Of a DNA stretch of 54,517 nt, positions 25,991 to 35,497 are shown piece after piece. The notes beneath the pieces were generated by a model. The model saw only the letters and a program-made list of their open reading frames with translations, ran no database searches and was not told the origin of the DNA. Position numbers and translations under genes: made by a program. Positions within the stretch are counted from its first letter, which is position 1. The number at the start of each line of letters is the position of its first letter. Source of the DNA: an uncultured Candidatus Bathyarchaeia archaeon (GTDB taxonomy: Archaea; Thermoproteota; Bathyarchaeia; 40CM-2-53-6; RBG-13-38-9); contig CAZRDQ010000002.1 of the NCBI GenBank assembly GCA_964598945.1, positions 1-54,517 of the forward strand, in the 5' to 3' direction.

Positions 25991-27064
25991 ATGAAGGAGC
26001 AAGCCCGCAACGCACTTTCCAGACGTCACTTTCTGAAGGCCGGCGTAGGTGCAGCTGCACTGCTCTCCACCTTCCGCCTTGACGACGCCATCATAAAGGA
26101 GGCCATGAGCCAAATACGCGAGGGAGGAGTCTCAGTACTCTGGGTTCACGGCGCAGCCTGCCAATCTTGCACTGTCTCACTCCTGAATACAACCTATCCA
26201 GATGTCGCTGACGTGATCTTTGGCACACTGCCAGAAGTGAAGATAGACTTTGACTTTCAGACAGTGATAATGCCGAAGTGGGGAGACAGTGCGCTTGAGG
26301 CATTGAAGAACCCACCGAAAGACTACATCCTCCTCGTGGAGGGGGCGATACAGACCAAGAACAACGGAACATTCTGCACCATCGGTGAGATCGATGGAAA
26401 ACCGGTAACAATGATGGATTGGGTTAGGAGACTGTCAAAGGACGCGATGGCCGTTGTTGCGTTTGGAACATGCGCTGCTTACGGCGGTATACCGGCTGGT
26501 ACCCCAAACCCAACAGGTGCAGTAAGTACCATAGATTTCCTAGGGGTAAACTACGTTTCTAGACTTAATCTGCCTATTGTGAATGTACCAGGATGCCCAC
26601 CTCATCCTGACTGGATGGTCGGGACTCTTGCAAGCGTGATCCTTTCTGCGAAGAAGCTGTATCCTTTTCCAGAGCTTGACTCACTAGGCCGACCGAAGAT
26701 GTTCTTCGGCAGATCAGTTCATGACGACTGCCCGAGAAGAGCATTCTATGATGAGGGAATGTTTGCGGAAAGATTCGGCCACGACGGATGCATATTCCAG
26801 CTGGGCTGCAAGGGACCGATATCCTATGCAGACTGCAACTCAAGAAAATGGAATAATGGCCTGAACTCATGCACGATATCCGGTGCTCCATGCTTAGCAT
26901 GTGTCCAGCCGGAGTTCCCTGACAAGTCCTCACCATTCTTCGAACCTTTGCCTATTCCCCCGCTCTCAATTAAGGAAGCAGCTGGTATCGGAGCTGTTGT
27001 TGGCGGAATCCTTGCCGGAGCTTACTGGCTTCAAGGAAGGAAGGAGAAGCGGGGTGGCCATTGA
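25991..27064 (+). CDS. hynS: [NiFe]-hydrogenase small subunit, Tat-exported, C-terminal TM anchor
   Basis: Tat motif SRRHFLKAG. Contains LWVHGAACQSCTVS, GTCAAYGGIP, PGCPPHPDW and a distal Cys cluster. C-terminal helix GIGAVVGGILAGAYWL. Confidence 0.92.
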   Translation: MKEQARNALSRRHFLKAGVGAAALLSTFRLDDAIIKEAMSQIREGGVSVLWVHGAACQSCTVSLLNTTYPDVADVIFGTLPEVKIDFDFQTVIMPKWGDSALEALKNPPKDYILLVEGAIQTKNNGTFCTIGEIDGKPVTMMDWVRRLSKDAMAVVAFGTCAAYGGIPAGTPNPTGAVSTIDFLGVNYVSRLNLPIVNVPGCPPHPDWMVGTLASVILSAKKLYPFPELDSLGRPKMFFGRSVHDDCPRRAFYDEGMFAERFGHDGCIFQLGCKGPISYADCNSRKWNNGLNSCTISGAPCLACVQPEFPDKSSPFFEPLPIPPLSIKEAAGIGAVVGGILAGAYWLQGRKEKRGGH

Positions 27065-28536
27065 TGGCAGAGATTACAATAGACCCGGTCACCAGAATCG
27101 AGGGGCACCTCAACGTCAAAGTGACCTTGGAGAACGACAAGTTCACGGACGCTTGGACATCCAACTCGCTCTTCAGAGGCTTTGAGGAGATCCTTCAGGG
27201 CAGAGATCCCCGTGACGCTATATACATCGCATCTCGAATGTGCGGTGTATGTTACACCTCACACGGAATGGCCTCGGCACTAGCGCTGGACCAAGCGATG
27301 GGCGTCAAGCCGCCTCCCTTAGGTTCGCTGCTCAGAGTTCTCACTCAATACGCTGAGTGGATGTACGATCACCTACTGATACTGTTCGCATTAGAGGGCC
27401 CAGATTATGGTCCGCCTTTCGGAAGAATAGAGGAGTTCGCTGCATTCAAAGGAAGCGGCTACCTCGATGCGCTCAGAATCTCTAGAGTCGCCAGAGAAGC
27501 CACTGCTGTCTGGGGAGGCAAGATGCCCCACCAGGCATCGTTTGTGCCGGGCGGCATCACGGAGTTCCCAGACACGAAGAAGTTTGCGAACTTCACCTAC
27601 AGACTCTTGGACGTGAAGAAATGGATAGACAACACAATGATTCCGTTGTTCGACAAGTTCTATGACACGTACAAGGATGAATTGACAGGTTCTGGTGAGC
27701 GGGAAACGAACCTTCTCAGCTACGGCGTCTTCGATGATCAGACGCTTGACCCTCAGAAGAGAGTTCAGAAGCCGGGAGCCATCATAAACGGTAACTTGGT
27801 TGCAACCAACCTCTATCAAGAGATCGCTCCAAAGATCACCGAAGACGTAACACATGCATGGTACACTGCGGATTCAGGTGGAGAGCCGAGCAAGGTCAAG
27901 GCTCCAACACCTCAGTACACTGGAATCCAGAAAGAGGGCAAGTACTCGTGGTGCAAGGCGTCACGCTGGAATGACAATGTGGTTGAAGTTGGACCTCTGG
28001 CGCGCATGTGGAGCACGGCCTTACAGAGCGGGGGGAAGATCGAGACTGACGCCGGTTCCTGGTCTCCACCGAAGAAGCCAGACACGATCGAAAGGATATA
28101 CGCCAGAGCATACGAAACCGCGCTGGTAGCGACCAAAGTCATCGACAAGCTCTACGAACTCTTAGACCTCATCAACAAAGGTGAACGTGAGGTCTTCCAG
28201 CCCTACTCCGTCCCAGAGAACTCAGAAGGCATGGGGCTCACAGAGGCCGCAAGAGGAGCGCTCGGACACTGGGTCAAGGTCGAGAACAAGAAGATCGCAA
28301 GGTATCAAGTCATAACACCTACAACTTGGAACTGTTCACCGCGAGACAACAAAGGAAGACGTGGACCAACAGAAGAAGCGCTGGCAAATACCCCTGTTAG
28401 GAGCGCTGATCCGACGCTTGATGCGGTCAGAGTGGTTAGAGCCTTCGACCCCTGCATCGCATGTGCTGTGCACGTGTTTGATGGAAGCAAGATCTCAACT
28501 AGGAATCTGGAGATATTTGGAGACATCGTCGGGTGA
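27064..28536 (+). CDS. hynL: [NiFe]-hydrogenase large subunit
   Basis: Contains RIEGH, RMCGVCYTSH and the C-terminal DPCIACAVH, followed by a 20-aa extension. The ATG overlaps the hynS TGA (TGATG). Confidence 0.95.
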   Translation: MAEITIDPVTRIEGHLNVKVTLENDKFTDAWTSNSLFRGFEEILQGRDPRDAIYIASRMCGVCYTSHGMASALALDQAMGVKPPPLGSLLRVLTQYAEWMYDHLLILFALEGPDYGPPFGRIEEFAAFKGSGYLDALRISRVAREATAVWGGKMPHQASFVPGGITEFPDTKKFANFTYRLLDVKKWIDNTMIPLFDKFYDTYKDELTGSGERETNLLSYGVFDDQTLDPQKRVQKPGAIINGNLVATNLYQEIAPKITEDVTHAWYTADSGGEPSKVKAPTPQYTGIQKEGKYSWCKASRWNDNVVEVGPLARMWSTALQSGGKIETDAGSWSPPKKPDTIERIYARAYETALVATKVIDKLYELLDLINKGEREVFQPYSVPENSEGMGLTEAARGALGHWVKVENKKIARYQVITPTTWNCSPRDNKGRRGPTEEALANTPVRSADPTLDAVRVVRAFDPCIACAVHVFDGSKISTRNLEIFGDIVG

Positions 28537-28562
28537 AGACGGACAAAGAGACCTGATCGATA

Positions 28563-29282
28563 ATGCTCGATCTAATGCAGATCTTCGATTTCACCAGGTC
28601 AGTTCTGCCACTGGTAACACTCGTCGTCTTCATCACAGGCGTAATGTTGCGACTCACCAAATGGGCGAGCCTCAGCTTTCCAAGACATGATAGACCGCGC
28701 GGAAAGTCGAACAGACTGATCGGAGCGATCAAGAACTGGTCAATCGATATGATCCCGCCCTGGGATCTGGCCGGAAGGGTTGAACCGGTCGCGTACGTAG
28801 TCGGAATCGCTATGCACGTCACCTGCATACTGATACTTCTTGGCGCATTGCACGCGGCCTCGGTTCAGAACATCATTGATCTTCCTTTCACGCAGTCACG
28901 GCTCAGGCTCCCCATGATACCGGCATCAAACATCCCCGTAGCGATCCCACGGACCCTTCTGACCTACGTCATCACCCCGATCTTCCTCTCAACATTGGGT
29001 ATACTTATTCTTCGACGAGTCTACTGCAATCTTAGAGGCGGCCCGCTCAAGGCTCTGACAAGAAAGGAAGACTGGGTAGCGGCGCCACTATTATGGTCGG
29101 CTGGGTTCACAGGCTTCCTGGCAGTCGTCGCCGTCGAACCATACATGCCGATATTGACGCTGCACCTCATTTTGACTCAAGCATTCATAATGTATCTGCC
29201 CTACAGCAAACTGATTCACAGCGCCACCGTGTTCTTGGTCAGAACATGGTCTGGCTTCAGAAGGGCTATCTATGGGGTGTGA
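28563..29282 (+). CDS. isp1: Isp1-like integral membrane b-type cytochrome (NarI/DsrM/HdrE family)
   Basis: 239 aa with about 5 TM helices and conserved His residues in the helices. C-terminal YLPYSKLIH resembles the NarI-family PF(S/T)RLVH motif. Confidence 0.7.
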   Translation: MLDLMQIFDFTRSVLPLVTLVVFITGVMLRLTKWASLSFPRHDRPRGKSNRLIGAIKNWSIDMIPPWDLAGRVEPVAYVVGIAMHVTCILILLGALHAASVQNIIDLPFTQSRLRLPMIPASNIPVAIPRTLLTYVITPIFLSTLGILILRRVYCNLRGGPLKALTRKEDWVAAPLLWSAGFTGFLAVVAVEPYMPILTLHLILTQAFIMYLPYSKLIHSATVFLVRTWSGFRRAIYGV

Positions 29283-30499
29283 CTGGTTTGGCTGACAGCC
29301 TTTTCCTCTCGCTGAAGAAGCTTGACGGCTACGAACTCATCAACATGGAGACCTGCACCAGGTGCGCTGTCTGCGCCCACTCATGTCCGGCGTATGCGGT
29401 AACGAAAGATGACTATGCCGTTCCGGCATGGAAGAGCGTAGAGTTCAGGAAGCTCCTGAACAGACAGCGAGGCTTCCTCTCAGCAATCCTTGGACAGCGG
29501 CCAGTCCCAAGAGAATGGCTGAGGAACATCTCAACCAAAGGCCTCTACATGTGCACTCTATGTGGCAGATGCATGCCCGGATGCGTCTTCACCATCCAGA
29601 ACCTCGAGCTGTGGGAGGTACTGCGCTCAATCATCCACGAGGAGGGTGAAGCCTCACCCAACCTGCTGAAGGTCGCCGGCTCACTTGAGAAGAACATGAA
29701 CCCTTACGACCGAGATCACACCGAGAGGCTAAGCTGGGTCAAGGAGATGGCACTGAAAGGCGTTAAGGAGGGACAGAGGGCCAAGACACTCTACTATGTC
29801 GGCTGCACCTCATCATACCAAGAACAAACGATAGCCTCGTCCACTGCTAACATCCTTAGCAGGATGAATGAGGACTGGTCCCTATTCGGAAAGGATGAGT
29901 GGTGCTGCGGCGACCCCCACATCGCTGTAGGCGATCAGGACAAAGCCGAGGAGTTCGCCAAACACAACCTAGAGGTCGCATCGTCTCTGGGCGCAAGTAG
30001 AATAGTCACGAGCTGTGCACACTGTTACAGAATGTGGAAGTGGAAGTACCCCAAGATCATCGGCAGACACAGTCTTGAGGTCCTTCACACAACAGAGTAC
30101 CTCCAAGAATGCCTGAAGTCAGGTGCGCTGAAACTCGATAAGAAGCTCCCTAGTAGAGTAACCTACCACGACCCGTGCTACCTATCCAGACTCGGCGGAG
30201 TAGTGGACGAGCCTAGAAACATCCTGAACTCGGTTGCCGAGACCATCGTTGAGATGAAAGAGAGAAAATTCGACACATTCTGCTGCGGAGGCGGCGCGAT
30301 GACAGAGGCTGCAGACCAAGAGCTCTGGACTAAGATCGGGAACGAGCGACTCAGACAAGCTGAGATCATCAAACCTGAGTTTATGGTTTCAGGCTGCCCG
30401 TTCTGCCGTCGATCCCTAACCCAAGCTGCACAAAGATCAGGAAGCAAGACGCAAGTCCTTGACATCACAGAGTTGGTAGCCAAGCAGCTGAAGGACTAG
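29279..30499 (+). CDS. isp2: Isp2-like HdrD/DsrK-family Fe-S protein with two CCG domains
   Basis: Contains CTRCAVCAHSCP, CTLCGRCMPGC, WCCGDPH..CAHC and FCCGGG..GCPFC. A GTG at 29279 overlaps the isp1 TGA (GTGA). The track start at 29093 lies inside isp1; the ATG at 29246 is an alternative. Confidence 0.8.
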   Translation: MTGLADSLFLSLKKLDGYELINMETCTRCAVCAHSCPAYAVTKDDYAVPAWKSVEFRKLLNRQRGFLSAILGQRPVPREWLRNISTKGLYMCTLCGRCMPGCVFTIQNLELWEVLRSIIHEEGEASPNLLKVAGSLEKNMNPYDRDHTERLSWVKEMALKGVKEGQRAKTLYYVGCTSSYQEQTIASSTANILSRMNEDWSLFGKDEWCCGDPHIAVGDQDKAEEFAKHNLEVASSLGASRIVTSCAHCYRMWKWKYPKIIGRHSLEVLHTTEYLQECLKSGALKLDKKLPSRVTYHDPCYLSRLGGVVDEPRNILNSVAETIVEMKERKFDTFCCGGGAMTEAADQELWTKIGNERLRQAEIIKPEFMVSGCPFCRRSLTQAAQRSGSKTQVLDITELVAKQLKD

Positions 30500-30501
30500 T
30501 C

Positions 30502-31377
30502 TTGGGAAGCGCGGCGGATTACTGGCGGCTCACCAAACCCAGAGTCACTCTTGCAATCTTTCTACTCTTCCTTCTGGCGGCGCTAGCAGGCGCTGGAACC
30601 ACCATGTGGCAATCTGCAGCCGCACAGAATTGGAGACTGACTCTTGGAACGGCCATAGTTTTCATGTCAGTGGCCGGATCTAATGCTCTGAATAATCGGC
30701 TGGACTCTGATATTGACAAGTTAATGGGAAGAACAAGACTGAGGGAGATCCCTTCAGGAAAGATCTCGAATAGGTCAGCGCAGTACTTCGGCCTGTCAAT
30801 CCTTGCGATATCTGTGATTCTGGCAATAGCCTCAGAATTCTACTTCCCTATCTTGCTTGCTGTCGGCCTCTCAAGCTATCTGCTCCTCTACACTATCATC
30901 CTCAAGAGGCATAATGTCCTGAGCGTTCTTGGAGCAGGTCCTGCTGTAGCGTCACCTGTCTGGGTTGGATGGATCATCGGAAAAGGATACTTGGATCTGG
31001 CCGGCTTCCTGACAGGTGTATTGGTTATGGTCTGGGGTCCGCTACACCTCTGGAGCCTAGCAACGGTCTTCTCTGAAGACTACAGAGTAGCCTCTGTTCC
31101 GATGTTGCCAGCGGTTATCGGAGTCAGGAGATCACGCTGGTTTCTGCTCGCATTCGCACTTGTCTTGTCTGCGGCGTCCCTGTCATTGTATTTCTTGGGA
31201 TACTATGGTGCTATCTATCTCGCTGGGATGGCCTTAACGAATTCTCTTCTTCTCATCGTTTCAGTCATGTGTGTTGTGCGGCCTTCTGGAAGAAGGAACT
31301 GGATAATGTACAAGTTCTCCGCGCCGTACATGGTCATCGCCTTGCTCTTTGCTGCAGTTGACAGGATCTTTGTTTAA
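30502..31377 (+). CDS. ctaB: protoheme IX farnesyltransferase (heme O synthase)
   Basis: 291 aa. TTG start 2 nt after the isp2 TAG. Contains YWRLTKPRV and NNRLDSDIDKLMGRTRLREIPSGKIS. Confidence 0.85.
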   Translation: MGSAADYWRLTKPRVTLAIFLLFLLAALAGAGTTMWQSAAAQNWRLTLGTAIVFMSVAGSNALNNRLDSDIDKLMGRTRLREIPSGKISNRSAQYFGLSILAISVILAIASEFYFPILLAVGLSSYLLLYTIILKRHNVLSVLGAGPAVASPVWVGWIIGKGYLDLAGFLTGVLVMVWGPLHLWSLATVFSEDYRVASVPMLPAVIGVRRSRWFLLAFALVLSAASLSLYFLGYYGAIYLAGMALTNSLLLIVSVMCVVRPSGRRNWIMYKFSAPYMVIALLFAAVDRIFV

Positions 31378-31408
31378 CCTGTGCGACTATGAACAGTAAG
31401 GTCCCGTC

Positions 31409-32776
31409 TCACCTTACTCGGGCACTCGGGAATGTGGAATGCTTCACCGTCTTCAGATATGCGTTAGACCTATTTCTGCGAGCAGTAACCAAGGTTGCAA
31501 CGAAAAGAGCGAGGACGACGGCGATCCATACACCACGCCCTTCAAACTCTGGGATAGTTTGAGTGCCGCCGACAACTACTTGGCGTGTGCTCAGGCCAGA
31601 GGAGAAATCGATCATGTATGCTTCCTGACTCTCGGAGACTGAGACAGACTTCTCAACTCCATCTACCAGGACGACCGGGGTTCCTTTGAGGAGCCTCTTC
31701 TCGATGTTGACTCTGATAGATGCGCCTCCGCCCCTACCTATCACGGTGAAGTTCAGCAGACTCCTCGAATTATCATAGATGACAGCAAAGACAGTGGCGT
31801 TGCTTGTTACCGAGATTGAGGAGTTGTAGCTAATTGTCCCTATGAAGAGTTCAGGATGGATTATGGAGGCAAGGTTCTCAAGACCCTCGATGATCCTTGG
31901 CCCTGTTCGGACGATTAGATTCTCATCTATGGTGTATACCTTACCTTCTTTGACAGCTTTGATCATGCCCCAGCCAGATCTCTTCTCGAAGTCCGAACTT
32001 AGGAATCCCCCCATATAACCCTCTGCAACAACAATGATCTCAGGATCTCTCTGTATGACAATCTCGCTGCTTGCGATCGGATACATCATTGTAATATTGT
32101 GGAAGATGTTCTGTCCGCCAGCTTTAGCTACTAATTCATCAAACACAGTGTTGCCGCCGAAACTCATCAATGGGTCATACCAGAGCTCATAGTATACCTT
32201 TGGCTTGGAACTCCCAGCAATCCTGCCATCAACGTAACTGATTCTGCGCTGAAGATTCTCAATCAGCCTGTTAGCCTCAGCGGTCTTGCCGCATATCGTT
32301 CCTACGAGTCCTATGTCATAGATCACGCCACTCACGTTCTTTGGATTGAGAGCAACCACGACGATCCCTCGATTCTGAAGGACCGAGACAAACTCAAACT
32401 GCAGATCGGTAGCTGCAAGAACGAGGTCTGGATTGAGCGCTACAATCTTCTCAAGACTTGGATCGGCGTAGCCTCCTATCACAGTGAGCTCTCCTTTGCT
32501 GACCTTTTCGGGAACTACTGGAGGCCAGTCGCAGTATGAAGTCACACCAACAACCCTCTCCCCAAGATCTAGAGCAAAGAGGATCTCAGTGTTGCTTGGA
32601 GCTGTCGAGACAACGCGTGTTGGAGGCGAAGCTATTGTGACATTTCTTCCAAAATCGTCGGTGACAGTAAGCGGGAAACCACTGTCACAACTCACAATAG
32701 ACATAGGCAATGTAAGGGAGAGCGCGACTACTAGCAACAGTATGAGCTTAGGTTGGAACATGGATGGAGTATCCAT
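31409..32776 (-). CDS. ABC-type substrate-binding protein (Fe-siderophore/cobalamin PBP class) with a C-terminal extension and membrane anchor
   Basis: N-terminal signal and Cys, then PTRVVSTAPSNTEILFALDLGERVVGVTSYCDWP, as in the BtuF/FhuD class. An extra beta-rich domain follows. The C-terminus reads IPEFEG, then a TM helix, then ARRNR. Confidence 0.8.
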   Translation of the reverse strand: MDTPSMFQPKLILLLVVALSLTLPMSIVSCDSGFPLTVTDDFGRNVTIASPPTRVVSTAPSNTEILFALDLGERVVGVTSYCDWPPVVPEKVSKGELTVIGGYADPSLEKIVALNPDLVLAATDLQFEFVSVLQNRGIVVVALNPKNVSGVIYDIGLVGTICGKTAEANRLIENLQRRISYVDGRIAGSSKPKVYYELWYDPLMSFGGNTVFDELVAKAGGQNIFHNITMMYPIASSEIVIQRDPEIIVVAEGYMGGFLSSDFEKRSGWGMIKAVKEGKVYTIDENLIVRTGPRIIEGLENLASIIHPELFIGTISYNSSISVTSNATVFAVIYDNSRSLLNFTVIGRGGGASIRVNIEKRLLKGTPVVLVDGVEKSVSVSESQEAYMIDFSSGLSTRQVVVGGTQTIPEFEGRGVWIAVVLALFVATLVTARRNRSNAYLKTVKHSTFPSARVR

Positions 32777-32857
32777 CCATGCCTGTATTTAAGGCAAACT
32801 TTCTCTGTTCACCTGCGGCCAGATCTTTGTCTGGATGCTGGCTTTCTAGGGAGGGCA

Positions 32858-33435
32858 TCACAGTCTGAAAGCGTTGTATGCGATCAATGCGATGTAAGCT
32901 TGGATAGCAACGACGCCTATGAGCCATTCAGAGAGTGGAGTGAAACCGATGGCGGCAACGGCTATGTTGAGCGCGACTACTGCATAGCCATAGTATCCTA
33001 TTGGTTTGATGAATTTGGGGTGTGTGATGAGGGAGGTATTCAGCAATATCAAGGCTGCAAGGCTCGAGATGAAGAAGATCATCGTCCAGAACATGTGTTC
33101 TGCCGGATAGTCTGCTGGATAGATTCCTTCCATAGTTGATGCGAGAGCTGTGAGGCCGCCGGCTATTTGGCCGATGAACAGAAGGATCTTTCTCCGTCGT
33201 TCGTGTACCACTTGTTGAAGCCTGCGAAGAACGGGAAGAGCGCAAGCCCCATGAGGGCGTGGCCTACATTGTAGATGGGCGCGCCGCTAGGGTTTAGAGC
33301 TGAGCTCCCGAGATCAGCGGTCCAATGCTCGGTAGGAGCGAATGGTCTGGGAAACATGGCGATGGATGCTAAGGTAAAGATATTGTAGAGTAATATGACT
33401 GCGATGCCCGAGATGCCAGTTAAAGGCCATTTCAA
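32858..33435 (-). pseudogene. DUF998-like polytopic membrane protein, split by a frameshift
   Basis: ORFs 33163..33435 and 32858..33211 overlap by 49 nt in different frames. Together they give one ~200-aa six-TM protein (..ADLGSSALNPSGAPIYNVGHALMGLALFPFFAGFNKWYT / LLFIGQIAGGLTALAS..). The junction is near the T-run at 33189-33191. Confidence 0.55.
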
Positions 33436-33585
33436 CGGGCAATCACCTAATCAGTACTTCGATTGATCCCATCGATTTGTGTTGATATAAGAGTTCAGAT
33501 TCTTCAGGATGTCGTTCCATCGTGTAGCATGGCATCTTGCAGCCGCAAAAGAGATCGAGTTCAGAATTTCGTGTGAGTATCTCAT

Positions 33586-35220
33586 TTACTTAACCTGTGT
33601 AACGGCTGCTTTTGCCCTCAATTTCCGATGATACATTATCGCAAATCTGTGAGCCTCATCTCTGATTCTCTGAATGAGATAGAGACCTTCAGAGTCTGAG
33701 GGAAGCTCTATCGGCTTGGTTCTGCCTGGCAGATAGATCTGCTCTAACCGCTTTGCCAGGCCTGCGATAGGAAGGTCGAGTCCTAGTCTTGCGAGTGACC
33801 TCTTCGCTGAGTTTGCTTGGGTAATTCCGCCGTCCACCATGATCAGGTCGGGTAGCTGCGATTTTTCCTCAAGCAGCCGCGTGTATCTTCTCTGGACGAG
33901 TTCACCGATCATCTGCGGGTCGTCTTGTCCGACTACGGTTTTTATCTTGAATCTTCTGTAGCGGCTCTTGAGGGGTTCACCGTTCTGGAATGCGATCATT
34001 GATCCTACAGAGAGCCTTCCACCTAGGGTGGAAATGTCGAAGCACTCGATCAGTCTCGGTTCATCTGGCAGGCCTAGAGTTTTCTGGAGTTCCCGGACTC
34101 CTTGAATCGCTTTCTTCTTTCTTGTCACCACATTGTCGATGTGGGATTTTGCGTTCTCAACGGCTAACTTGAGCAGCTTGTGCTTCTGGCCCTTCACGTT
34201 TCTGAGTATGATTGTTTTTGATCCGAATCTCTCCAGAAGCCATTCCTCTATTGTTGAGATATCTTTGGGTCTTGCAGAGACTATGATCTCAGGCGGCGAG
34301 AGGATCCTTCTGGCATAGTACTGCTTGATGAAAGACTCCACTATCTCTGCGTCTTCAGCCTCTTCTGCACTCAAGTCGTAGGATTCTGAGGAGACAAGCT
34401 TTCCTCCTTTAACTTGAAGGATCTGGACGCATGCTTCAGTCTTGGTCTTAGCAACTCCTAAGACATCTAGATCAATGGGCTTCGGGAAGACAACTGTTGT
34501 GCCTGAGAGTGTCTTCTCCAGTGCTGTGATTCGGTCCCTTATGAGGCCGGCCTTCTCGTACTCGAGGTTTGTTGAGGCTTCCAGCATCTCTTTCTGGAGT
34601 TTTCTCATCACTAGGTCTGTCTTCCCTTCCAGGACAAGAAGGAGGGCTCTGACCCGTTCGTTGTATTCATCCTTTAAGATGAGGCCTGCGCATATGCCGC
34701 TGCACAGACCCATCTGGTAGTAGGTGCATGGGCGCTTTCTTGGTTTCTTGGGGTCGAACTTGCACGCCTTAAGGGGGAAGAGTCTCCTGAGGGTGTTCAG
34801 GGAGTGGCGCATTGCTGCTACGTCTGCGTATGGTCCGAAGTACCTGTTGTCGTCTTTCTTGGGTCGCCTGACGATGGAGAGGGTTGGGTACTCCTCCTCG
34901 AGGCTGAGCTTGAGGTATGGGTATGTCTTGTCGTCGCTGAGTCGAATGTTGTACTTGGGCTTGTACTGTTTGATGAGGATGTTCTCCTCGACAAGTGCTT
35001 CAACCTCTGAGCCTGTGATGATATATTCGATCTTGGTTGTGTTGCCGACGATAAGTGACTCGCGCTGGTTTGTCTTGGCTGCTTGGAGGTGGTTTCTCAC
35101 TCTCTCCTTGATGTTGAAGGCTTTGCCAACATAGAGGATGTCCTGGCCCTTCATGATATATACTCCGGTCTTCTCAGGCAGAGCTTCGATCTGGGTCTCC
35201 AGGCTGGGCTCAGACATCAC
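33586..35220 (-). CDS. uvrC: excinuclease ABC subunit C
   Basis: GIY-YIG domain (GVYIMKGQDILYVGKAFNIKERV), UvrBC-interaction region and the C-terminal endonuclease motif RIRDEAHRFAI. At 544 aa it has no recognisable (HhH)2 tail. Confidence 0.9.
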   Translation of the reverse strand: MMSEPSLETQIEALPEKTGVYIMKGQDILYVGKAFNIKERVRNHLQAAKTNQRESLIVGNTTKIEYIITGSEVEALVEENILIKQYKPKYNIRLSDDKTYPYLKLSLEEEYPTLSIVRRPKKDDNRYFGPYADVAAMRHSLNTLRRLFPLKACKFDPKKPRKRPCTYYQMGLCSGICAGLILKDEYNERVRALLLVLEGKTDLVMRKLQKEMLEASTNLEYEKAGLIRDRITALEKTLSGTTVVFPKPIDLDVLGVAKTKTEACVQILQVKGGKLVSSESYDLSAEEAEDAEIVESFIKQYYARRILSPPEIIVSARPKDISTIEEWLLERFGSKTIILRNVKGQKHKLLKLAVENAKSHIDNVVTRKKKAIQGVRELQKTLGLPDEPRLIECFDISTLGGRLSVGSMIAFQNGEPLKSRYRRFKIKTVVGQDDPQMIGELVQRRYTRLLEEKSQLPDLIMVDGGITQANSAKRSLARLGLDLPIAGLAKRLEQIYLPGRTKPIELPSDSEGLYLIQRIRDEAHRFAIMYHRKLRAKAAVTQVK

Positions 35221-35497
35221 TACTCAGGACTTCCAGAGAACAGTGTATCAGACATATGGTGATCTTAACCGTAGGGGGCGATCGATTGTCAGAGAGATTG
35301 TGCAAGAGGCCCTAATATTGGCGTTTCCTTAAGCGGGCTCTCATCTCACTCACTTACACATCAAGGAGCAACACCTTGTCAAGGGAGGCTGACTTGGCCT
35401 GATCGTGATATGGAGCGCGCTTTTGGACGGGGGACTATCTCCAGTTCTCGGAAAGCTTTTGATTATTGGAGACTGATCCGCAATAGGTGCCACTACG

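Noticed and set aside
25739-26060. Minus-strand ORFs 25739..25939 and 25782..26060 in the hydrogenase promoter region.
   Set aside because: They overlap each other, the protease start and the hynS start. They have no motifs, and the region is better explained as a divergent promoter spacer.
29093-29278. Upstream extension of the HdrD-like (isp2) ORF.
   Set aside because: It lies inside isp1 in another frame. A GTG at 29279 forms a classic GTGA stop-start overlap, and the Fe-S domain begins just after it.
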